Source of the DNA: Nitrospinaceae bacterium | GTDB lineage: Bacteria > Nitrospinota > Nitrospinia > Nitrospinales > Nitrospinaceae | Reading direction: 5' to 3' | NCBI GenBank assembly: GCA_965237905.1 | Contig: OZ250172.1 | Coordinates: 224,001-288,000 of the forward strand | DNA length: 64,000 nucleotides | Part shown: positions 9,694 to 21,992 of the stretch, one piece after another | Numbering within the stretch: the stretch's first letter is position 1 | How the letters are laid out: each line of letters starts with the position of its first letter | Program-made: the position numbers and the translations under genes | The notes under the pieces: model-generated | Databases searched by the model: none | The model's input: only the letters and a program-made list of their open reading frames with translations | What the model was told of the DNA's origin: nothing

Positions 9694-11100
9694 TTAGGAG
9701 GGGTTGTCAAACTGAGTTCGATCCGGCTTGCCAATAGCATACACGTTGAATCCCAGATCAAATAAGGCTTGGTGGTCGAGATGGTTGCGTCCATCAAACA
9801 GAAAGGCGGGTTTTTCCATGCCATTAAAAATCCGTTTGTAATCCAGGGATTTGTACTGGTCCCACTCGGTCATCAAGGCAATAGCGTGGGCACCTTCTGC
9901 CGCTTTGTAAGGATCGGGTTCATACACGATCTCGCCTTCCACGCCTTCCACGCCTTCCAGATCCTTCTGCGCATTTTTAAGGGCGTGAGGATCGGTAATA
10001 CACAGGCGGGCGCGTTCTTTCAAAAGCATTTTGGAGATATGAATGGCGGGAGAATCACGCGTATCCCCGGTATCAGGTTTAAAAGCAAAACCGAACAGGG
10101 CGATTTTTTTATCGACCACGGAATTGAACATGCCGGTCAGCATACGTTGCACAAACCTCTGCATCTGATAATCGTTGATGGTAATCACCTGTTGCCAGAA
10201 ATCCGCCACCGGTTGCAAACCGAAATGCTCGCAGAGGTAAACCAGATTCAAAATATCCTTGCGGAAACACGACCCGCCAAACCCTAACCCGGCGCGCAGA
10301 AATTTGGGACCGATGCGGGAATCTTTCCCCACGGCCCGCGCCACTTCATCCACATCCGCTTCGGTCGCTTCGCACAATCCCGAAATACTGTTGATCGAGG
10401 AAATTCTCTGCGCCAGAAAGGCGTTTGAAACCAACTTGGAAAGTTCACTGCTCCACAGGTTGGTGGTGATCAATTTATCGCGCGGCACCCAGCGCTCATA
10501 GATTTTAATCAATTCGTCACGGGCCGCCTGCCCTGAAGGCGTGTCCATGGACCCGATCAACACCCGGTCCGGATTTTCCATATCGTGGATACCCGTTCCT
10601 TCGGCCATAAATTCGGGATTGGACAAAATTTCAAAATGAACAGAGCTGTCACCGGAATGCAGAATTTTGCCCAGCGTTTCGGCGGCACGAACGGGGATGG
10701 TGCTTTTTTCGACGACGATTTTATCCGATTTGGCGTTTTCTTTAATCCTGCGGGCGGTTTGTTCAATGTACTGCAGATCCACGGCCTTGCCTGCCCCTTC
10801 TCCAAAGGTTTTGGTCGGGGTGTTGACCGCCACAAAAATAATATCCGCCTCTTCGATGGCCCGATCAATATCCACTGAGAAAAACAGATTCTGGCCGCGG
10901 GCTTTCTGAACGCGTTCCTTCAAGCCCGGCTCGTATATGGGAAGGTTATCGGAATTCCACCGATCGACCCTCTCCTGGGAGATGTCCAGAACGGTCACCT
11001 GGTAGTCCGGACAGAAGTTAGCGATCACGGTCATGGTGGGGCCACCAACATACCCGGCACCGATACAGGCAATTTTCTTGACGAATTTGTTGTCACTCAC
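9694..11100 (-). CDS. ugd: UDP-glucose 6-dehydrogenase
   Basis: GAGYVGG, VEKST, NPEF, GFGGSCF.KD, FKPDTGD.R. Confidence 0.95.
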   Translation of the reverse strand: MSDNKFVKKIACIGAGYVGGPTMTVIANFCPDYQVTVLDISQERVDRWNSDNLPIYEPGLKERVQKARGQNLFFSVDIDRAIEEADIIFVAVNTPTKTFGEGAGKAVDLQYIEQTARRIKENAKSDKIVVEKSTIPVRAAETLGKILHSGDSSVHFEILSNPEFMAEGTGIHDMENPDRVLIGSMDTPSGQAARDELIKIYERWVPRDKLITTNLWSSELSKLVSNAFLAQRISSINSISGLCEATEADVDEVARAVGKDSRIGPKFLRAGLGFGGSCFRKDILNLVYLCEHFGLQPVADFWQQVITINDYQMQRFVQRMLTGMFNSVVDKKIALFGFAFKPDTGDTRDSPAIHISKMLLKERARLCITDPHALKNAQKDLEGVEGVEGEIVYEPDPYKAAEGAHAIALMTEWDQYKSLDYKRIFNGMEKPAFLFDGRNHLDHQALFDLGFNVYAIGKPDRTQFDNPS

Positions 11101-11115
11101 TGATAATTCCCGAAG

Positions 11116-11159
11116 AAAAAAGAAAAAGGGAGAACGATCCGTTGGGACCGTCCTCCCTT
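11116..11159 (-). terminator. Rho-independent terminator after the c554-like gene
   Basis: AAGGGAG...CTCCCTT stem followed on the minus strand by a T-rich tract. Confidence 0.65.
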
Positions 11160-11187
11160 AATATGTTAAAGCTTATTCGCAAAAAGT

Positions 11188-12018
11188 CTATTTCTTATAA
11201 TAAAATTTCTTCTTCTTAGAGCTGTAAGGCCTGGTTCCCTTGGCAAACTTGAGCTTGCCTGATTTTTTAAATTCCCAATCTTCAATCCGCAAACCTTTTG
11301 TGTCGGACTTGGCTTTGGTCTTGGCTCGATCTTTGACTTTGCCGTCTTTGACAATATCCTGGTCGGCATTGTCTTCGTTAAAATACTTGGCAATGGGGTG
11401 CATGGTTGCTTTAGCTTTGGCAAAGTCCAGCTTGCCTTTACCATGCGGATTCTTGGGATGATTGTGACAGCGGCTACAGACGTTTTCATAATCCCAGCGC
11501 TGGCCGTATTTTTCCGTCTCTTCCTTTTTAAAATCACCTTTGGTGTTTTTCATGACCACCCGGAATTGGGCTCCGCCAGCCACGGAGTGGCACATTTCAC
11601 AACCGACCTGCTCCTTGTTGGGTTCTTCCGGATCAATCTTGGTGCTGATATCTTTGCCCGACTTCTTACTTTTACTGCCTGCGGGCTTGAATCCGCCGAG
11701 TTGCCTGTAACCGGTGGTGTGACACCGAAGGCATTGGGGGTCGGCCGTGTAATCTTTTTTAGGGTCCAGCTTGGCTTTCTTTTTGGCGTCGGCCCGCTCA
11801 CCCGCTTTTAAAAGGTTAAAGGTCTTGCCGTGAGGAGAGTTCACCCAGGCTTGATAATAGGGATCATGGCAACTGCCGTTACATTTGACGGCGCCCACAT
11901 ATTTGGGTTTTTTGGGAATTTTCTTCTTCTTCTTTTTGGCGTCGGCATCATCTGCCACGCCGACTAGAAAAAAGGCTGAAATAAGAATCAAGCTGATTAA
12001 CTTTATTGTTTTGCCCAT
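11188..12018 (-). CDS. Tetraheme cytochrome c554-family protein
   Basis: Signal peptide; heme motifs CNGSCH, CLRCH, CEMCH, CSRCH; AKLDP.KDYT segment recalled from Nitrosomonas c554. Confidence 0.85.
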   Translation of the reverse strand: MGKTIKLISLILISAFFLVGVADDADAKKKKKKIPKKPKYVGAVKCNGSCHDPYYQAWVNSPHGKTFNLLKAGERADAKKKAKLDPKKDYTADPQCLRCHTTGYRQLGGFKPAGSKSKKSGKDISTKIDPEEPNKEQVGCEMCHSVAGGAQFRVVMKNTKGDFKKEETEKYGQRWDYENVCSRCHNHPKNPHGKGKLDFAKAKATMHPIAKYFNEDNADQDIVKDGKVKDRAKTKAKSDTKGLRIEDWEFKKSGKLKFAKGTRPYSSKKKKFYYKK

Positions 12019-12078
12019 TGTTTTTCCCTGATGATTATGAAATATGTAAAAGTGAATTCCCCTTTAAAAAACTGGGGC

Positions 12079-12107
12079 AGAATATAATAAATACCCTGTT
12101 AGGTCAA
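12079..12107 (-). promoter_or_regulatory. Candidate sigma70 promoter for the c554-like gene
   Basis: Minus strand TTGACC-17nt-TATTCT. Confidence 0.55.
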
Positions 12108-12175
12108 CCCCCCATTTCGGGTTAAATAGTTGTAAATTAATCAATAACCTCCGGTTTGGAGTCCAGCTACCGCCC

Positions 12176-13219
<1,044 letters not shown>

Positions 13220-13250
13220 TCTCGAAAAAGCACTAACCAAACCTGAGGGA

Positions 13251-13535
13251 TTATCCGTCTGAGTCGTTCACCGCTTGCTTGAAATGCTTCCCGGATTTAA
13301 AACGAACCACTTTACGTTCTGAAATTTCGGCTTCCTCACCGGTCTTGGGATTTCGGCCCATTCGTTTCGATTTCTGTTTGACCTGGAAGGTACCGAACCG
13401 GCGCAAAATGACGGGTTCGCCTTGCCCTAAGGATTCCTTGATAAGCTTGATTACCGTTTCCACGGCTTCTTCGGCCTTGGATCGGGACAGGCTCGCTTCC
13501 TGAGAAACATGGTTGATAATATCCTGCTTGGTCAT
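13251..13535 (-). CDS. HU/IHF family DNA-binding protein
   Basis: MTK.DII, FGTF.V, GRNPKTGE, V.FK.GK. Confidence 0.95.
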   Translation of the reverse strand: MTKQDIINHVSQEASLSRSKAEEAVETVIKLIKESLGQGEPVILRRFGTFQVKQKSKRMGRNPKTGEEAEISERKVVRFKSGKHFKQAVNDSDG

Positions 13536-14075
13536 GCTCCCTCCTTAAAGGTAATTATTGCTTAAGTCCTTTAAAATCAAAGAACTTCATACATTCAGCC
13601 AAGACCTGAACAGCTAAAGCTTCCGGTAAAACCTTGATTTTAAGTCATTTGAAATTACTTATCGGTTGGCCCCCTCGTGAAGATAAGTAAATAATCAAAA
13701 TAAAATCAAAGCTTTTCGGCCCAACGGATGGACCCACATGACTGAACGGGATAGAAAATCCGGTTCCACAATGCTTACAGGATGCGTGTTGCATCCTGTA
13801 CTTTTTTGCCTTCTTAATGTCTCCAAGTATTTATCTAAGTTACCATTTATTTCAAAAATTTCAATAGGTTATTGCATTCTCGACAATGTTTTTTAGAAGC
13901 GGGTGCCCTCTTTTCGGTACCCCAATCTCTCAATTACATTGACATATAATTCATAACCTACTGATTTTAAAGTAAGTAGAAACCCAAAAGGGGTCCTTTC
14001 CATAGAAAGACACCTCGGTAAAAAACAGGGATGCGCCCTTTTTTTAGAGTACTTTAAGTGGAATTTTCGGCAGGA

Positions 14076-15739
<1,664 letters not shown>

Positions 15740-17029
15740 TTACCCCATCGCCTTTTTCAAAGCACGGAATTGAGCCGCAATGGTTTGATCGATATCGTCA
15801 TTGGTATGCACGGCGGACATGAATCCCGCCTCGAACTGGGAAGGCGCAATGTAGATTCCCTCTTCCAGCATGGCATTAAAATAGCGCTTGAACAACTCCG
15901 TATCCGAAGTCTTCACCGAATCAAAGCTGACTATTTCCTGATCGGTAAAAAACATCGAAAACATGGAACCGACGCGCGTGAACGTAGCGGTCACTCCCAA
16001 CTTCTTGACGTTCTCTTTAAATCCACTACACAGCCGTTCACTCTTCTTTTCCAGATCCTCATAAACTCCAGATTGGGACAACAGGTTCAGCATTTCGATA
16101 CCAGCCGTCACCGCCAGCGGATTTCCCGACAACGTACCGGCCTGATAAACCGCACCCACCGGCGCGATATGATCCATGATTTCCTTTTTGCCACCGTAGG
16201 CGCCCACCGGCAGTCCGCCGCCGATGATCTTTCCGAGGCAGGTTAAATCGGGTGACACTCCATACAATTTCTGCGCGCCGCCGTAGGCAACGCGGAACCC
16301 GGTAATCACTTCATCGAAGATCAACAGGGCGCCGGACTCGGTAGTGACCTTGCGCAATAGTTCGAGAAATCCCGGTTGCGGCGGTACCACTCCCATGTTG
16401 CCCCCTATCGGCTCCACGATCAGACAGGCGATTTCCTTCCCCATTTTGGCGAACAACTCCTTGACTGCCTGCGCGTCATTATAAGGGATGTTCAAGGTCT
16501 TTTTGGCCAGATCGGAAACGATCCCCGGACAATCCGGCAGGCCCAGCGACAACACCCCCGATCCGGCTTTCACCAACAGGCTGTCGCCATGACCGTGATA
16601 ACAGCCTTCAAACTTGACGATCTTGTCCCGCCCGGTAAACCCGCGGGCCAGCCGGAGTGCGCTGAGCGTCGCTTCGGTACCCGAGCTGACCAGTCGCATG
16701 GTTTCGATGGAGGGCACGGCCGCCACCACTTTTTTCGCCAGCTCGGTTTCCAACTCGGTTGGCGCGCCGAAGCTGGTCCCCAATTGCGCCTGCTTACTGA
16801 CCGCATCCACGATGCGCGGGTGCGCGTGACCAAAGATCATGGGTCCCCAGGAGGAGACGTAATCGATAAATTCGTTGCCGTCGGCATCGGTGATTCGGGG
16901 TCCTTTGGCTTTAGCGATGAACAGGGGATTACCGCCCACCGCCTTGAACGCCCGCACCGGGCTGTTGACGCCGCCGGGGATGACTTTTTGAGCTTCCTGA
17001 AACAGGGACTCCGATTGGGTTCGCTTCAT
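15740..17029 (-). CDS. hemL: Glutamate-1-semialdehyde 2,1-aminomutase
   Basis: [43 protein letters not shown]. Confidence 0.98.
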   Translation of the reverse strand: MKRTQSESLFQEAQKVIPGGVNSPVRAFKAVGGNPLFIAKAKGPRITDADGNEFIDYVSSWGPMIFGHAHPRIVDAVSKQAQLGTSFGAPTELETELAKKVVAAVPSIETMRLVSSGTEATLSALRLARGFTGRDKIVKFEGCYHGHGDSLLVKAGSGVLSLGLPDCPGIVSDLAKKTLNIPYNDAQAVKELFAKMGKEIACLIVEPIGGNMGVVPPQPGFLELLRKVTTESGALLIFDEVITGFRVAYGGAQKLYGVSPDLTCLGKIIGGGLPVGAYGGKKEIMDHIAPVGAVYQAGTLSGNPLAVTAGIEMLNLLSQSGVYEDLEKKSERLCSGFKENVKKLGVTATFTRVGSMFSMFFTDQEIVSFDSVKTSDTELFKRYFNAMLEEGIYIAPSQFEAGFMSAVHTNDDIDQTIAAQFRALKKAMG

Positions 17030-17883
17030 AACTTTCCGAATAAAATTTCCAGATCTTTTTTCAACGCATCCGGTATCAGTTTACGGTCGGTGACAATGGC
17101 GTTTTTGGCCGCCTCGCCGCAGGCACAGGATCGTTTCAGTACCGGTTGCTTTACGATTTCCTTGAGAATGGACTGCGCCAGTTCCACATTCTTGTGCATG
17201 ATTTCCATGACCCCTTCCAGTGTCACCGCCTCCTCTTCCTCGTGCCAGCAATCGTAGTCGGTGGCGAGGGCAATGGTAACATAACAAATCCCCGCTTCAC
17301 GCGCGAGCTTGGCTTCGGTGACGTTGGTCATGCCGATCACTTCGACTCCCCAGCTTCGATACAAAAACGATTCAGCCCGCGTGGAAAACTGAGGGCCTTC
17401 GATGCAGAGATAGGTCCCCCTGGGATGCACGGTTGCCCCGGCCTTTTGACCGGATTCCAGCACCACTTCGTGTAATTCGTCGCAGATGGGATCGGCCAGG
17501 CTGACGTGGCCGACTATCCCGTTACCAAAAAAAGTCGTCTTACGGGCAAAGGTGCGGTCGATAAATTGATCGGGCACCACGATGTGACCGGGAGCGATCT
17601 CTTCCTTCATGCTACCGACGGCGCTGACGGAGATGATCCGCTCCACTCCCAGTTTCTTCATGGCAAAGATGTTGGCGCGGTAGTTGATTTCCGAAGGAGT
17701 GATGCGGTGCCCGACGCCGTGACGCGGCAGAAACGCCATGCGAGTGCCGTCGAGATCGCCCACAATGATTTTGTCCGAGGGATCGCCAAAAGGGGTCTTC
17801 ACGGAAACCGTGTCGACGACTTTGAGGTCCTTCATCGCGTACAAACCGCTTCCGCCGATAACACCCAGAATTTGTTCGGTCAT
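17026..17883 (-). CDS. mtnP: S-methyl-5'-thioadenosine phosphorylase
   Basis: [34 protein letters not shown]. Confidence 0.95.
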   Translation of the reverse strand: MTEQILGVIGGSGLYAMKDLKVVDTVSVKTPFGDPSDKIIVGDLDGTRMAFLPRHGVGHRITPSEINYRANIFAMKKLGVERIISVSAVGSMKEEIAPGHIVVPDQFIDRTFARKTTFFGNGIVGHVSLADPICDELHEVVLESGQKAGATVHPRGTYLCIEGPQFSTRAESFLYRSWGVEVIGMTNVTEAKLAREAGICYVTIALATDYDCWHEEEEAVTLEGVMEIMHKNVELAQSILKEIVKQPVLKRSCACGEAAKNAIVTDRKLIPDALKKDLEILFGKL

Positions 17884-17898
17884 TTAAAAATTCCCCCC

Positions 17899-17985
17899 GG
17901 AATTGCTGCTAAGGAAAGTGTGTTGGGTAAAAGGTGGGGCCGCTGATTGCTCGACTCACGACTCTACATCTTTGTATTTTATACC
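17899..17985 (-). repeat. mtnP upstream leader/promoter segment, copy 1 of 3
   Basis: Aligns with 21810-21896 and 23484-23571 (aattgc...taaggaaagt..gttgggtaa.aggtggg...acga.tctac.tcttt.ta.tttatacc). Confidence 0.85.
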
Positions 17986-18072
17986 ATTATCTGCTTTTTT
18001 CAAAGCAAAGCTTTGACCGGGGAGCGTCTCAGCTTGAAGCCGACTGTCTCCGAACGGCCAATAGCGGACATT
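17986..18072. repeat. Inverted-repeat spacer element, right-half copy A
   Basis: ctttgaccgg...gactgtctccgaacggccaatagcggacatt matches the right halves of 22503-22619 and 24132-24247. Confidence 0.85.
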
Positions 18073-18103
18073 CGGCTGAGGAGAGTTTAACAGAAAATGC
18101 CTC

Positions 18104-18307
18104 TTAACTTTTTACCTCAAATGGTTCACATTCCGCTGACGGGAAACACATGTGCTTCAGCTCCAGTGTTGAATAATGCGTGGTCATGCTCACTCCAGAT
18201 TTGTGACCGATCAAAAATTTCCGGTCTTCTTCTGGAACCCGCGCCACTCTCAACCTGGCACCCAATGTGTGCTTTAAATCGTGAACGCGAACAATTTCAA
18301 CCCACAA
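18104..18307 (-). pseudogene. C-terminal fragment of a tyrosine recombinase/phage integrase
   Basis: RVHDLKHT, LIGHKSG and TTHYS motifs (box II and catalytic Tyr); only 67 aa, N-terminal part missing. Confidence 0.8.
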
Positions 18308-18851
18308 ACCTCAGCGAGGCGAAACTCAACTTGCAACATATCTTACTTGTGTACAAATACAATTCGCAGCTATTGACTATTTTCCCCACCCGCGGTTACA
18401 TAAAAATCACTTGGACCTCTCACCTTCCGAATCCGGCCTGTCCTTGTACCGTCAATTTATCCGTGATATAAAAATCGAAAGCTCCACAAATCCAAGCTCA
18501 TGGTATTACTGGAAGGACTCTGTAATGTATCCCTTGATCTTATTGGTAGTTTTAATTTCTTTCCTTATATGGCTCCCCTACGTTTGTGCAAATTTTTTGC
18601 GCCAACAAAAATCAAATCTGCAAACCAAAATCATTAAAAATATAACAAAAGACGCTGAAGAGGTGGGTGTTGGCATAACCCAGACGACCAACATTTTAAT
18701 TTTTATAAGAAGTGTTTTCACTATGTTAAGACCACTTCCTCATAAAGAATTTTAGGACTGTCGGCTGATGACTAACCTTAAACTCCTAGAAAAAATTACA
18801 GGTGAACCTAATTTAACCAGACTTAAACATGAATCAATGAAAGGACTCGCT

Positions 18852-19997
18852 ATGATTTCTTTAAGTTTTAACGATACGATCAAATACTTGGTTATTTTTT
18901 CAATGTTCTACCTTGGTGGCTGTGCTGGTTACTCAGCCGCCCTTGATACCAGCACCTGTACACAACGAGGTGGAACTGTTCAGGATGTATGTGTGCATAG
19001 GGATCCTTACAACCTCGCAAACTGTCTACGCGTCGAAAGTCAATGTATGGGGTCAATGACCCACGACGAATATAATAAACAAGCGAAGGAAACCCGGAAA
19101 CAAAAGTATAGGGAGGAAGTGTACTCTTCGCCCAATGAAGCGCTAACAAACGCGGCTTACGATGGTGACGCCACAAAGGTGAAAGCCTTATTGGCAAAGG
19201 GCGCCAATATTAACAATAAAGACAAGTATGGTGGGACGGCCTTAATGAATGCGTCTTTGAAAGGACATGAGGCCGTAGTGAAGGTGCTACTGGCAAGAGG
19301 AGCTAAACTCGACCTTCAATCAAGTGATGGCTGGACGGCATTGACGATGGCTTCTAAGAGAGGACATGAGGCTATTGTGAAAATGCTGCTGGCCAAGGGG
19401 GCTGCTGTAAACATTAAATTTCACAGTGGTGGGACGGCAATCGATGTGGCAAAAACTGAAAAAATTCGGCAACTACTCAAGGCGGGTGGGGTTTCAACTC
19501 CTTCTTCGGCGCAAGCATCCTCTTCGGACAATGAAGCACTATTGGCCGCGGCTTGGAATGGTGACGCCGCAAAGGTGAAAGTCTTGTTGAGAAAGGGCGT
19601 CAACATTAACCATACAGATACGCATGAAATAACGGCATTGATGATGGCGTCTCAGAAAGGGCATGAAGCTGTGGTGAAGATACTGCTGGCAAAAGGAGCT
19701 AAACTCGAGCTTCTATCAACTCTTGGCTGGACTGCTTTGAGGATGGCGTCTGCGACAGGACAAGAGGCCATAGTGAAGATGCTGCTGGCCAAGGGCGCCA
19801 AGATTGACACTCAAGATGGGATGGGTGGTGAGACGGCCTTAATGTTTGCGTCTCGGTTAGGGCATGAGGCCGTAGTGAAGATCCTGCTGGACAAAGGAGC
19901 AGACATAAGCCTTAAAGATAACTTTGGAAAGACGGCCCTCAATAAGGCAAATACTGAAAAAGTTTGGAAACTGCTCAAGGCGGCTGGGGCAAAGTAA
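18852..19997 (+). CDS. Ankyrin-repeat lipoprotein 1
   Basis: AAGGA RBS, lipobox LGGC, Cys-rich segment, two blocks of G.TAL..AS..GHEA.VK.LL.KGA repeats. Confidence 0.88.
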   Translation: MISLSFNDTIKYLVIFSMFYLGGCAGYSAALDTSTCTQRGGTVQDVCVHRDPYNLANCLRVESQCMGSMTHDEYNKQAKETRKQKYREEVYSSPNEALTNAAYDGDATKVKALLAKGANINNKDKYGGTALMNASLKGHEAVVKVLLARGAKLDLQSSDGWTALTMASKRGHEAIVKMLLAKGAAVNIKFHSGGTAIDVAKTEKIRQLLKAGGVSTPSSAQASSSDNEALLAAAWNGDAAKVKVLLRKGVNINHTDTHEITALMMASQKGHEAVVKILLAKGAKLELLSTLGWTALRMASATGQEAIVKMLLAKGAKIDTQDGMGGETALMFASRLGHEAVVKILLDKGADISLKDNFGKTALNKANTEKVWKLLKAAGAK

Positions 19998-20198
19998 TTC
20001 TTCACTCGTCACACAAACCAAAGGCTTTCGTCGGTGACGCCTGATAGGTGCAAGCCTTGTTAGAAAAATGACGCCAACATTGACCATCAAGAATTTTAGG
20101 ATAGTCGGATGATGACTAACCTTAAACTGCTTCTGAATATATTTACAGGTGAACCTAATTTAACCAGACTTAAACATGAATCAATGAAAGGACTCGCT

Positions 20199-20795
20199 AT
20201 GATTTCTTTAAGTTTTAACGATACGATCAAATACTTGGTTATTTGTTCAATATTTTACCTTGGTGGCTGCGCTGGTATGTCATCCTCCATGGATACCTTT
20301 CCTTCTTCGGGGCAAGCGTCCTCTTCGGACAATGAAGCACTAGTTGTCGCGGCTAAAAATGGTGACGCCGCAAGGGTGAAAGCCTTGTTGGAAAAGGGCG
20401 CCAACGTTAACTATCTAAAGAAGAATGATGTGTCGGTCTTAATGTATGCGTCTCAAGATGGGCATGCTGCCGTAGTAAATATCCTGCTGGCAAAGGGCGC
20501 CAACGTTAACCATAAAGATAATATTAGCTGGACAGCATTGATGATAGCGTCTGCATCCGGGCATGAGGCCATAGTGAAGGTGCTTCTGGCAAAGGGCGCC
20601 AACGTTAACAATAGAGATAAAAATGGCGGGACAGCTTTATATTATGCGTCTTTTAAAGGGCAGGAAACAGTGGTGAAGATGTTGTTAGCCAAGGGGGCAG
20701 ACGTAAGCACTAAAACTTCTAAAGGTAAGACAGCCCTCAGTCAGGCAAAAACTGAAAAAATTCGGCAAATGCTCAAGGCGGCTGGAGCAAAGTAA
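20199..20795 (+). CDS. Ankyrin-repeat lipoprotein 2 (paralogue)
   Basis: Near-identical leader and signal peptide to gene 1; single ankyrin block. Confidence 0.88.
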   Translation: MISLSFNDTIKYLVICSIFYLGGCAGMSSSMDTFPSSGQASSSDNEALVVAAKNGDAARVKALLEKGANVNYLKKNDVSVLMYASQDGHAAVVNILLAKGANVNHKDNISWTALMIASASGHEAIVKVLLAKGANVNNRDKNGGTALYYASFKGQETVVKMLLAKGADVSTKTSKGKTALSQAKTEKIRQMLKAAGAK

Positions 20796-20938
20796 TTCTT
20801 CACTCTAAAGCCTCTAACTATCAAAACCAGTTATTTTTAAAACCGTGTATGTCTTCAAATGAATCTGGACAGGAGTTGGAAAATTTCTAGAGGTACATTT
20901 GGCTTATAGTCCTTCGATAATTTTTTTAAGTTTAAGTT

Positions 20939-20996
20939 AAGAAACCCTGGTATTGAGACTTTGTTGTCTACTCAGTTCCAGGGTTTTTCTTTTATT
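20939..20996 (+). terminator. Hairpin plus T-tract downstream of the ankyrin genes (terminator or element end)
   Basis: AAACCCTGG (20942-20950) / CCAGGGTTT (20978-20986) followed by a T-rich run. Confidence 0.5.
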
Positions 20997-21039
20997 TGGT
21001 TTCAGCAAAGTTTATTTATGCTTTACAAAGGATCTGGCA

Positions 21040-21121
21040 AACGTCTGCTTTGGGTCGATTCCAGCCATTTAAATTCCTAACTGAGACACACCCTTTGAGG
21101 GAGCAGGCGTAAATCAGCCTT
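21040..21121. repeat. Inverted-repeat spacer element, left-half copy B
   Basis: aacgtctgctttgggtcgattccagccatttaaattcctaactgagacacaccctttga is nearly identical to the left halves of D and E; divergent right end abuts the stop at 21120. Confidence 0.88.
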
Positions 21122-21326
21122 ATATTCTCACAAAATAGGGTAGAGCCACTAAAACCGTGCCTGCAATTACAAGCACGTATACGTTCGATATAAAATACGG
21201 AATGACAAATAGAGCGATGCCGGTCATTAGTGGAACTACCGCCTTTTGTTTTTTCCCATATGTAAAGAATCCGAGGCCAAGTGCTCCGAACAGCATTCCC
21301 CACATAAGCAGCGATGTACCTTCCAT
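21120..21326 (-). CDS. Small membrane protein (68 aa), cassette gene
   Basis: Hydrophobic ORF with GLGFFTYGKKQ; stop overlaps the end of element B. Confidence 0.75.
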   Translation of the reverse strand: MEGTSLLMWGMLFGALGLGFFTYGKKQKAVVPLMTGIALFVIPYFISNVYVLVIAGTVLVALPYFVRI

Positions 21327-21345
21327 AATGACTTACCCATTGTTC

Positions 21346-21768
21346 TTAGCGGATCCAGCCCTTGCTCTCGGCTCGCTTCGAATACCAGATCAAAAACGCC
21401 GTCACCACCAACTGCATCAGAACACCCATCCAAATTTCGAAGGAACTAAATCCGGCCACGCCAAATATATGCATCATTGACACAATCACGCCAAGGAGCG
21501 ACGCGATTAATACATAGAACGCGGCCGACTTCCTGAGCAGAAGCAGGAGACAGCCCAACGTTCCGCCGAAAACGGCTATCGCAAAAGCTGCGGTGGCCCA
21601 TGCGGGTCGGCCTTCGATTATCGGGCGATACGACTCAGGAAACGAGGCGAGCGAGTCTGCATTCATCTGTGCGAAGTAATTGATGACGCCCATAACATTA
21701 AAAATAAGTGTGACAACGCAAATTATCCAAAAACTCCAATGAACACCACCAACGTTTTCATCGTTCAT
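21346..21768 (-). CDS. 4-TM membrane protein, cassette gene copy 1
   Basis: AAGGAGG RBS before ATG 21768; P.WATAAFAIAVFGG.LG.LLLLLRK; near-identical to 23027-23449. Confidence 0.85.
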   Translation of the reverse strand: MNDENVGGVHWSFWIICVVTLIFNVMGVINYFAQMNADSLASFPESYRPIIEGRPAWATAAFAIAVFGGTLGCLLLLLRKSAAFYVLIASLLGVIVSMMHIFGVAGFSSFEIWMGVLMQLVVTAFLIWYSKRAESKGWIR

Positions 21769-21809
21769 TACATCCTCCTTCTGCCTGTAACTCCACAAGC
21801 AGTTCATCT

Positions 21810-21896
21810 GGAATTGCAAATAAGGAAAGTGAGTTGGGTAACAGGTGGGGTCGTTGATCAACCCGCTGACGATTCTACTTCTTTATATTTTATACC
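21810..21896 (-). repeat. mtnP upstream segment, copy 2 of 3
   Basis: Direct alignment with 17899-17985. Confidence 0.85.
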
Positions 21897-21992
21897 CTTG
21901 CCCAAGCACAAGAAACCCCGCTCTAGTCGGGGCCTCATCCTGGTCCTCGGTTCTTCTTGTTATGCGCTGAGTCGAGGGGAAGGGCGGACCTT
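21896..21992. repeat. Divergent spacer element H
   Basis: Right end gggcggacctt overlaps the stop at 21991; left stub ccttgccc as in copy F; interior differs but contains hairpins. Confidence 0.5.

Noticed and set aside
9933..9959. 9-nt tandem repeat (EGVEGVEG) in ugd
   Set aside because: In-frame micro-duplication with no sign of phase variation
18411..18755. 114-aa plus-strand ORF with a hydrophobic stretch
   Set aside because: No recognisable family or clear RBS; may be a remnant and cannot be supported as a gene
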